Source of the DNA: a virus
Lineage: Duplodnaviria; Caudoviricetes
Length of the DNA stretch: 53,506 nt
IMG/VR virus record: IMGVR_UViG_3300027749_000141
Coordinates: 1 to 53,506 of that record
Direction: 5' to 3' (one strand)
The notes under the pieces are model-generated. The model was not told the origin of the DNA, searched no databases, and saw nothing but the letters and a program-made list of their open reading frames with translations. The translations under genes and the position numbers were made by a program. Of this stretch, positions 1 to 7,376 are shown in pieces; the stretch's first letter is position 1, and each line of letters starts with the position of its first letter.

Positions 1-694
1 AGATGAAAGTTGGGACGATGATGATGACGTAAGTCGTGCTGATCGCGAATTGAAAAAATTAGGTAAAAAACCAATTCCTGCTGCAAAAATCAATACTGAC
101 AAAGACAAAATCAAACGTACTAAAAAAGATAGTTCTGAAGAACAAGAAGTCGATGAAACTTATGGACAAGGTATCTACGAATCACAAGACGATGATGACG
201 TAAGTCGTGCTGATCGCGAATTGAAAAAATTAGGTAAAAAACCAATTCCTGCTGCAAAAATCAATACTGACAAAGACAAAATCAAACGTACTAAAAAAGA
301 TCGTGAAGAAGAATTAGATGAATCAGTAACACCTGTTAAAAAACCAAGTGCAGTTGCTGATAAAAAAGGTGGAAATCCTTTTGCTAAAAAGGACGACGCT
401 AAAAAAGGTAACGGTGATGCATTTAAAGCAGCCCTTGATAAAGAAAAAATGAAAGAGTCGACTAGCAAAAGAATTGCTGCTGCACTCTGGAATCAAGTCA
501 AAGAAAGTGCAAAAGCCAAAGACGAAAAAGAAGCAGATAAAGATTACGACGGCGACGGTGAAGTTGAATCAGGTAAAGAAGAACATAAAGGTTCAGTCGA
601 TAAAGCCATTAAAGCATCTAAAGAAAAAGAATGCATGAACGAATCAGCTGATTTAGCTCGTTTAATGTCAATTACTTCGCGAGTTCTTAGATAA
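1..694 (+). CDS. Highly charged K/D/E-rich protein, 5'-truncated; putative internal head/scaffold-like protein
   Basis: Frame of ORF 50..694 stays open to the window edge (DESWDDDDDVSRADREL...). Low complexity, internal duplication, several hydrophobic-x-E-S sites (LDES, MKES, VKES, MNES) resembling T4-type prohead protease sites. Confidence 0.55.
   Translation, partial: DESWDDDDDVSRADRELKKLGKKPIPAAKINTDKDKIKRTKKDSSEEQEVDETYGQGIYESQDDDDVSRADRELKKLGKKPIPAAKINTDKDKIKRTKKDREEELDESVTPVKKPSAVADKKGGNPFAKKDDAKKGNGDAFKAALDKEKMKESTSKRIAAALWNQVKESAKAKDEKEADKDYDGDGEVESGKEEHKGSVDKAIKASKEKECMNESADLARLMSITSRVLR
20..301 (+). repeat. Perfect 111 bp direct repeat, two copies (20-130 and 191-301), period 171 bp, in frame
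   Basis: gatgatgacgtaagtcgtgct...cgtactaaaaaagat occurs identically twice; encodes DDDVSRADRELKKLGKKPIPAAKINTDKDKIKRTKKD. Confidence 0.95.
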
Positions 695-1419
695 TGGATA
701 TGAAGAAAATTTTACAGGCAATTGATAACGTGTCTACGTTGCCTGTAGAAGGATCAAACGATATGAAAAAATTCATGTCAATTGTTACAGAAGGGGCTAA
801 TCCACATAAGGTTAGCCTACCTGTTCAAATGGCAATGCAGCATTTTTCAGAACCTGTAGAACAAATATCTGCAAGACCGTCGTTGCTAAAACAGTATGTT
901 GCCGAAGCCGAACAAGAGCAACAATTTAAACATGACGAACAAAAGCAATTAATTAGACAGTACTCGCGTATTATTGCAGAACGTGTCAAAATGAAAGAGA
1001 GTAAAACTATAAACGAACTTTCTAAAGACACGTTATCGAAATATATTCCGGCCAGTGCAGAAGATCAAGTACAACGTGCTAGTAGCCGTAGTTTTAAATC
1101 AGGAAAAGCAGGCGACAACTACAATACATCAGATGTTAATCATCAAGATAACATGCGAAAACGTGGTATCGACCGTGCTGTTAAGAAACTGTCAGCGATG
1201 GAATCTATTGAAAATCCAAAAGATATAGTTTCTATGGATATTCCGTTATTAATTCGCTTATTAGAGTATGCTCGCGAAGATGCAAAAACAGACATGGTGT
1301 TACATGACGTTACTGAAAAACTAATCGAATTGAGTAACCGAGGTGATGTACTAACAATGCACGATTACGATGCAATTGTAGGCGAACAACCTCTGATAGG
1401 ACCCCCCGAGGAAGATTAA
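694..1419 (+). CDS. Hypothetical protein, putative protease-processed internal head protein
   Basis: 241 aa, stop/start overlap (TAATG) with both neighbours; N-terminal MDMKKILQAIDNV; VTEG, VAEA, MKES, AMES motifs. Confidence 0.55.
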   Translation: MDMKKILQAIDNVSTLPVEGSNDMKKFMSIVTEGANPHKVSLPVQMAMQHFSEPVEQISARPSLLKQYVAEAEQEQQFKHDEQKQLIRQYSRIIAERVKMKESKTINELSKDTLSKYIPASAEDQVQRASSRSFKSGKAGDNYNTSDVNHQDNMRKRGIDRAVKKLSAMESIENPKDIVSMDIPLLIRLLEYAREDAKTDMVLHDVTEKLIELSNRGDVLTMHDYDAIVGEQPLIGPPEED

Positions 1420-2912
1420 TGGATTTAAGAGACTTAATTTCAAAATTAGAAAACATTGAAAACAATGTGCTTGCAGAAGCAATTACATTAAAAACTGTAA
1501 TTTCTGCAATTATGGGGCACGAGCACACTGATTCGGTACGTTTTCCATTATTGGCTGATCTTGCAAAGAAAAATAACTTACCGGGTTTATATGATCCAAC
1601 ATCTGGCCAGTTTGTAAGCAGCGACGGCGATGTCGACGAAACTTCAGGCGATGACGCGATCGATCAACAACTATCAAAGTTAGGTTTGATTCCGCAAAAT
1701 GCAAAATTAGGCACAGCAGGTTGGTTTGATAATGAAAAAGTGCAACAAGGTTATAATCAAGATTTGCGCACTACTAGTGCAAATGCAATGGCAGATCAAG
1801 ACAAAGCCGAAACCACGCAAGTCAAGTTATCACAATTAAAAACCTTATTTGCAAAATTTCTTGAATTAAAAAAGAAAATCGGAACAGCACCTGCTACACT
1901 ACCTGCTGCTTCGACTGCACCGGTTAAAGAGTCTAAAGGATTTGCACAATCATTAGTAGAAAGCTTTGGCTACGACTTTATTATCGAAGAACCAATTTCT
2001 GATTTCGGACAAGCAGGTCAAAATGTACAACAAGGTCGGGCCAATGCACAAGCCGAAAAAGCTGCAGCTAAACGAGCAGCACAAACACAGGCGCTCAATA
2101 AAGCAGCAAAATATACACCACCAGTATCTAATGTTGCAGCAGGAGCCGAAGCCGCTGCAGGTGCTGCAGGTGAATCGGGTTTAGCAGCAGGAATTGGTGC
2201 AATCGGCAAGAAACTTGCGTTACCTCTTACAGCAGCGTACGAAATATGGGATGCGTATAAACAAATTTCTGCTATCCCATCATCTATGCCAAAAGATCAG
2301 TACCGAAAAGAAGTTGCAAAAGCAATTACTCGGGTCGTGGCAGATTTTGGATTAATGGTAGTTGGCGCAGTAATTGGCGCTGCGATTACTGGTGCAGTTG
2401 CCGGACCTGCTGCATTTGTAGGTGGGATAGCCGGCGGTCTTGCTGCAGAGTTTACCTTTGGCAACGACGTCGAAGCATTGATTAATTGGGTTGTTGAAAA
2501 ATTATACAACGGTGTTGTTACTCCGCAAGGGGATAATGCCGCCAAAACAACGCAGCAACCTGTTGCAAAAACACCGCGTACTATTAATCCAGAAATTGCA
2601 AAACTGCAACAAGATTTAAAAGCCAAAGGCGCTAATTTAGGAACGACTGGCCCTAACCATGACGGCATCGACGGTGTCATGGGACCATTAACAAGAACTG
2701 CAATTGAAAAATTCGGTTCCGGTATGGCTAACTCTAAAGAAGCAACCGAACTTAAAGATATACAAACACAAATGGATGCGTTAATTAAAGATTTGGCACA
2801 ATCAGCAGATCCGACAATTAAACAAGCAGTATCTGATATTTCTGCACAATTAGGTACTACTGCGTTACGCGAGTCAGCCGAATTACTAAATATTCTTCGA
2901 TTGATTAAGTAA
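1419..2912 (+). CDS. Putative virion ejection/internal protein with glycine-zipper hydrophobic segment and peptidoglycan-binding (PG_binding_1-like) domain
   Basis: FGLMVVGAVIGAAITGAVAGPAAFVGGIAGGLAA hydrophobic G/A-rich segment; IAKLQQDLKAKG...DGIDGVMGPLTRTAIEKF matches the PG-binding signature DGxxGxxT. Confidence 0.6.
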   Translation: MDLRDLISKLENIENNVLAEAITLKTVISAIMGHEHTDSVRFPLLADLAKKNNLPGLYDPTSGQFVSSDGDVDETSGDDAIDQQLSKLGLIPQNAKLGTAGWFDNEKVQQGYNQDLRTTSANAMADQDKAETTQVKLSQLKTLFAKFLELKKKIGTAPATLPAASTAPVKESKGFAQSLVESFGYDFIIEEPISDFGQAGQNVQQGRANAQAEKAAAKRAAQTQALNKAAKYTPPVSNVAAGAEAAAGAAGESGLAAGIGAIGKKLALPLTAAYEIWDAYKQISAIPSSMPKDQYRKEVAKAITRVVADFGLMVVGAVIGAAITGAVAGPAAFVGGIAGGLAAEFTFGNDVEALINWVVEKLYNGVVTPQGDNAAKTTQQPVAKTPRTINPEIAKLQQDLKAKGANLGTTGPNHDGIDGVMGPLTRTAIEKFGSGMANSKEATELKDIQTQMDALIKDLAQSADPTIKQAVSDISAQLGTTALRESAELLNILRLIK

Positions 2913-2925
2913 CTTATCATCAACC

Positions 2926-2951
2926 AATGGCAGATTTATTTCTGCCATTTT
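2926..2951 (+). terminator. Intrinsic terminator hairpin
   Basis: AATGGCAGA-tttatt-TCTGCCATT 9 bp stem running into a short T tract, just after the stop at 2912. Confidence 0.7.
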
Positions 2952-2973
2952 CATCTCTAATTTATCAAACGTG

Positions 2974-3002
2974 TTGACAAAAACACATATATAATATACA
3001 AT
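2974..3002 (+). promoter_or_regulatory. Sigma70-type promoter for the dsDNA-binding protein/polymerase genes
   Basis: TTGACA (2974-2979), 17 bp spacer, TACAAT (2997-3002); AAGGAG SD before ATG 3040. Confidence 0.8.
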
Positions 3003-3039
3003 ATAACATTACTAACAACAGGCAAACTAAGGAGAAAAC

Positions 3040-3294
3040 ATGAGTAGAGCATACGGCCCAGAAGAAAAGGCTAAACTTGAAAGGCTAATCAGCGAAGGTT
3101 CAACCGTCCTTCACGAGATTGAAGATTTACAAGCAGGCTTAAAGGATACGGTTAAAGCAGTAGCAGAAGAACTAGGCGTTAAACCTTCGGTTATAACTAA
3201 AGCAATTAAAATTGCACATAAAGGTAACTGGCAAGATCATAACGAAGATTGGGAAGAAATTGAAGCTATCCTCGATATTACAAAACGTATCTAA
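3040..3294 (+). CDS. T4 DsbA-like (GapR-like) double-stranded DNA-binding protein
   Basis: 84 aa helical protein; LISEG..LHEIEDL...LKDTVKAVAEELGVKPSVITKAIKIAHK pattern typical of the phage DsbA family; strong SD. Confidence 0.7.
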   Translation: MSRAYGPEEKAKLERLISEGSTVLHEIEDLQAGLKDTVKAVAEELGVKPSVITKAIKIAHKGNWQDHNEDWEEIEAILDITKRI

Positions 3295-3316
3295 TTTAGC
3301 TAGTTAAGGACGGTAG

Positions 3317-3361
3317 GCAGGCCATAATCTGCAAAAGGGTGTTTGCGAGCCACAAATCGCA
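3317..3361 (+). promoter_or_regulatory. Twin stem-loops in the DNA polymerase leader, putative translational operator
   Basis: GCAG-gccataat-CTGC (3317-3332) and TGCGA-gccacaaa-TCGCA (3344-3361); both loops are 8 nt, GCCAYAAW. Confidence 0.5.
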
Positions 3362-3378
3362 TAGTTTAAGAGTAAAAT

Positions 3379-6045
3379 ATGTCATATGTAGACGCATGGT
3401 TCGACCGCGACAACGATATTATCAAAGTTGTCGAGCGAAACGCTAAAGGCGAAAGGGAATTTAAAGATATAGCAGTTAAACACACGTTATACTATAAAGA
3501 TCCAAAAGGCAAGTACCAATCTATTTACGGAGACCCTGTTTCAAGAGTCATTTGTAAAAATACCAAAGAGTTCCGCAAAGAACAAGCAATTAATAGTGGA
3601 AAACAACTGTTTGAATCAGATATTAATCCATTATTTGTTTGCTTATCAGAAAATTATCTAAACATCGATGCACCGAAATTAAACGTTGCGTTTTTTGATA
3701 TCGAGGTGGACTTTGATCCAGAACGTGGTTATGCATCACCGGATGATGCATTTATGCCAATTACTGCAATCGCTGTCCACTTACAGTGGCTAGACACATT
3801 AATATGTCTTGCAATTCCTCCAAAGACATTAACCATGGAAGAAGCACAAGAACAAGTCAAGGAATTTCCAAATACAATACTGTTTAAAAAAGAAGCCGAT
3901 TTATTAGATGCATTCTTAGATCTAATTAAAGATGCTGATATATTGAGCGGCTGGAACAGCGAAGGGTTCGATATTCCGTATACAGTAAATCGTGTTATTA
4001 AAGTGTTATCAAAAGACGACACTCGCAGATTCTGCTTGTATAATCAGTTACCAAAACGCAGAGAATACGAAAAATACGGTAAAGATGCTGTTACCTATGA
4101 CTTAGTCGGTCGTGTACATTTAGATAGTTTGCAACTGTACCAAAAATACACCTACGAAGAACGGCATAGCTATCGATTAGATGCTATTGCAGAATATGAA
4201 TTAGGTGATCACAAAACGCAATACGAAGGCACTCTTGATCAATTATACAACAATGACTTTAAAACATTTATTGAATATAATAGACAAGATACTATGCTAT
4301 TAGATAGATTAGACAAAAAGTTAAAATTTATTGATCTAGCTAATGCTATTGCACACGAAAACACAGTATTACTGCAAACTACCATGGGTGCAGTGGCGGT
4401 GACAGAACAAGCTATCATCAACGAATCGCATCGTAGAGGTTTTGTAGTCCCAAACCGTACTAAAAAAAGTGATCGTGAAGATACTGCTGCTGCAGGTGCG
4501 TATGTTGCATACCCAAAGGAAGGTATCCATGACTGGATAGGCTCACTCGATATTAACTCACTGTATCCTAGTGTGATTCGTGCATTGAACATGGGACCAG
4601 AAAGTGTGATCGGCCAGTTAAGACCAATCAAAACTGATGCATATATCCAAGGACAGATGGCTAAGGGTAAATCGTTTGCTGCTGCATGGGAAGGATTGTT
4701 TGGTACCTTTGAATACGAATCCGTGATGAAACAAGAAATAGGCACAGATTTGACCATTGATTGGGAAAACGGCGAAAGTGATGTAGTTAGTGCTGCAGAA
4801 GTGTATAGGCTAATGTTTGAAAGCAATCAACCGTGGATGCTTAGTGCGAACGGGACGATATTTACCTGGGAGAAAGAGGCAGTCATTCCAGGATTATTAA
4901 AACGTTGGTATGCAGAACGTAAAGAAATGCAAGTCAAATTAAAAGAAGCAATTAATGCAGGTAATAAAATTGAAGAAGAATACTGGGACAAACGACAGTT
5001 AGTTAAGAAAATTAATTTGAACAGTCTATACGGTGCTATTCTTAATCCAGGATGTAGATTTTTTGATAAACGTATCGGACAATCAACTACGTTAACTGGC
5101 AGGCAGATTGCTAAACATATGGCTGCTAAGGTAAATGAGATAGTAACCGGTGAGTATGATCATTTAGGTAAATCGATTATCTACGGTGATACTGATTCGT
5201 GTTATTTTAGTGCGTATCGGACACTAAGAGTAGATATTGAAAACGGTAGTCTACCTTGGACTAAAGAAACCGTAACTCAACTTTATGATCAGATCAGTGA
5301 TGAAGTTAACGGAACATTCCAGCAGTTTATGTTAGATGCGTTTCATTGTCCTAAAACACGCGGTGAAGTTATCAAAGCAGGGCGTGAGATTGTTGGCAGT
5401 AAGAGCTTATTCATTACTAAAAAGCGGTATGCAGTGTTAGTATACGATAAAGAAGGTAAACGTAAAGACAAGGACGGCAAACCTGGTGAAATTAAAGCCA
5501 TGGGCTTAGATTTAAAGCGCAGTGATACTCCAGAATTTATTCAAGACTTTTTAAGCAACATATTAGAAATGGTACTTACTGGACACTTAGAACAAGAAGT
5601 TTTAGATTTTATCTCTGAATTTAGGTCGCGATTTAAATTAAGACCTGGGTGGGAAAAAGGTACACCAAAACGTGCAAACAACATTACTAAGTTTCTCAAT
5701 AAAGAAACAAAAGAAGGTAAGGCAAATATGCCAGGCCATGTTCGAGCAAGTCTAAACTGGAATACATTGAAACGAATATACGACGACAAGTATTCTATGA
5801 GCGTAACAGATGGTGCAAAAGTTATCGTTTGTAAACTTAAACCAAATCCATTAGGGTACACAAGTGTTGCATACCCGGTGGATGAATTAAGATTGCCACA
5901 ATGGTTTAAAGACTTACCATTTGACCATGCAGAGATGGAAGCCACAATTATCGACAATAAATTATCAAATTTAATCGGTGTATTAAATTGGAGATTAGTC
6001 GATACTGAAGAAAAAACTACATTTAATAGCTTGTTTGAGTTTTAA
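3379..6045 (+). CDS. polB: Family B DNA polymerase with 3'-5' exonuclease (T4 gp43-like)
   Basis: Exo motifs FFDIEVD, GWNSEGFDIPY, YNRQD; polymerase motifs DINSLYPS, KINLNSLYG, YGDTDS, KKRYA; 888 aa with no intein-sized insert. Confidence 0.97.
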   Translation: MSYVDAWFDRDNDIIKVVERNAKGEREFKDIAVKHTLYYKDPKGKYQSIYGDPVSRVICKNTKEFRKEQAINSGKQLFESDINPLFVCLSENYLNIDAPKLNVAFFDIEVDFDPERGYASPDDAFMPITAIAVHLQWLDTLICLAIPPKTLTMEEAQEQVKEFPNTILFKKEADLLDAFLDLIKDADILSGWNSEGFDIPYTVNRVIKVLSKDDTRRFCLYNQLPKRREYEKYGKDAVTYDLVGRVHLDSLQLYQKYTYEERHSYRLDAIAEYELGDHKTQYEGTLDQLYNNDFKTFIEYNRQDTMLLDRLDKKLKFIDLANAIAHENTVLLQTTMGAVAVTEQAIINESHRRGFVVPNRTKKSDREDTAAAGAYVAYPKEGIHDWIGSLDINSLYPSVIRALNMGPESVIGQLRPIKTDAYIQGQMAKGKSFAAAWEGLFGTFEYESVMKQEIGTDLTIDWENGESDVVSAAEVYRLMFESNQPWMLSANGTIFTWEKEAVIPGLLKRWYAERKEMQVKLKEAINAGNKIEEEYWDKRQLVKKINLNSLYGAILNPGCRFFDKRIGQSTTLTGRQIAKHMAAKVNEIVTGEYDHLGKSIIYGDTDSCYFSAYRTLRVDIENGSLPWTKETVTQLYDQISDEVNGTFQQFMLDAFHCPKTRGEVIKAGREIVGSKSLFITKKRYAVLVYDKEGKRKDKDGKPGEIKAMGLDLKRSDTPEFIQDFLSNILEMVLTGHLEQEVLDFISEFRSRFKLRPGWEKGTPKRANNITKFLNKETKEGKANMPGHVRASLNWNTLKRIYDDKYSMSVTDGAKVIVCKLKPNPLGYTSVAYPVDELRLPQWFKDLPFDHAEMEATIIDNKLSNLIGVLNWRLVDTEEKTTFNSLFEF

Positions 6046-6050
6046 TTTAC

Positions 6051-6079
6051 TTGACAAATCTACAAAACCTAAATATAAT
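6051..6079 (+). promoter_or_regulatory. Consensus sigma70 promoter overlapping a TAAATA late-type motif
   Basis: TTGACA (6051-6056), 17 bp, TATAAT (6074-6079); ACCTAAATA at 6067-6075. Confidence 0.85.
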
Positions 6080-6098
6080 ATATAACACGGAGAATATT

Positions 6099-6830
6099 AT
6101 GAAAAGCATTTTACAAGACTTAGTAGCACATACACACGCATTAGGATTTATTTCATTAGTTAAAGTAACCGCCAACGAAGATGAAACATTAATCGAATCG
6201 ATCTCAGATACAAGAAGTGTAGTAATACAAGGAAAATCTAAACAGCCAATTAAAGAATTTACAGGTGTATTTGGCATGCCAAATTTAAACAAACTGCAAA
6301 TTCATTTAAATTGTCCAGAATATAAAGAAAACGCAAAAATTAAAATTGTTTCAAGCGAACGCAACGGAGAAGTAGTACCGACCGGAATTCACTTTGAAAA
6401 CCTAGCAGGTGATTTTAAAAATGATTATCGTTTTATGGCTCCTGAAGTCATAAATGAAAAATTAAAATCAGCAAAATTTAAAGGTGCAAACTGGGATATC
6501 GTATTTGAACCAAGTGCCGCTGCTATACAAAGATTAAAGTTGCAAGCAAATGCACATAGTGAAGAAAACGTGTTACAAGTATCAATAGTCGACACTAATC
6601 TTATAGTTAGTTTCGGCGACGAAAGCACTCATGCAGGATCATATATTTTTGAACCTGGCGTTACTGGTAAATTAAAAAATGTTTGGTCATGGCCTATTGC
6701 AGAGTTAATTGGAATTTTAAATTTAAACGGAGACAAAACAGTGAATATTTCCGACGGAGGTGCTATGAAAATTTCAATAGATAGCGGCATTGCAGAATAT
6801 GATTACATTTTACCGGCACAAACAAAATAG
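6099..6830 (+). CDS. DNA polymerase sliding clamp (gp45/PCNA-like)
   Basis: 243 aa from ATG 6099 with GGAG SD (the track's TTG start at 6051 is the -35 box); follows polB; clamp-like size and C-terminal YDYILPA strand. Confidence 0.65.
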   Translation: MKSILQDLVAHTHALGFISLVKVTANEDETLIESISDTRSVVIQGKSKQPIKEFTGVFGMPNLNKLQIHLNCPEYKENAKIKIVSSERNGEVVPTGIHFENLAGDFKNDYRFMAPEVINEKLKSAKFKGANWDIVFEPSAAAIQRLKLQANAHSEENVLQVSIVDTNLIVSFGDESTHAGSYIFEPGVTGKLKNVWSWPIAELIGILNLNGDKTVNISDGGAMKISIDSGIAEYDYILPAQTK

Positions 6831-7039
6831 TGGAAACCCATAAACGCACTATTGCAAGAATGATAAGTTACCGCATTACTGCATGGTTGTTTACAATCCT
6901 GTGGACATACTTGTTCACAGGAGACTTAGGCAAAAGCACAAGTTTTGCAACATTGTTACACTTATTGTTATGTGTTGATTACTATATTCACGAAAGGGTA
7001 TGGTTAAAAATAAAATGGGGATTAACTAATGGAAGATAA
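6830..7039 (+). CDS. DUF2061-like small membrane protein
   Basis: ETHKRTIARMISYRI...YYIHERVWLKIKWG matches the recalled DUF2061 pattern; two hydrophobic segments. Confidence 0.7.
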   Translation: METHKRTIARMISYRITAWLFTILWTYLFTGDLGKSTSFATLLHLLLCVDYYIHERVWLKIKWGLTNGR

Positions 7040-7376
7040 CAGTTTAAAAATATTAATCGAACTATTTGATGTTGCACTAGAATCAGATAATCCTGCTGTT
7101 AAAAAAGCATTGAAAAATCTGTTGCTAGTTGCAACGTTAGTTCACAGTGAAAACGAAAAACCTCTACGTGGCCCGTTGTATGCACTTGTTAATGAAGTCG
7201 AAACGCTAAAGAAGAATTTTACTATATTGTCAATGGAGTTCAAGCAAGCAGAACACGACCGCAAAATTGGCAAACTTCCGGTATCTAGTGGCAACGGGAG
7301 TGGGCAATCCTATCAATATCCTTATTTACAACAAAGTAGTTATTTAAAAGAATTAACCAGCTGGGGTTTAAAGTGA
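7029..7376 (+). CDS. Hypothetical protein
   Basis: 115 aa ORF overlapping both neighbours in operon orientation. Confidence 0.6.
   Translation: MEDNSLKILIELFDVALESDNPAVKKALKNLLLVATLVHSENEKPLRGPLYALVNEVETLKKNFTILSMEFKQAEHDRKIGKLPVSSGNGSGQSYQYPYLQQSSYLKELTSWGLK

Noticed and set aside
2297-2923. Long antisense ORFs (also 4239-4826, 8752-9303, 39448-40107)
   Set aside because: Lie opposite well-supported genes, have no recognisable motifs, and are explained by codon bias on the coding strand.
3379-6045. Intein or intron in the DNA polymerase
   Set aside because: Continuous 888 aa ORF with normally spaced motifs and no splicing signatures.
6051-6098. N-terminal extension of the sliding clamp from TTG 6051
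   Set aside because: That TTG is the -35 box of a consensus promoter; ATG 6099 has a proper SD.
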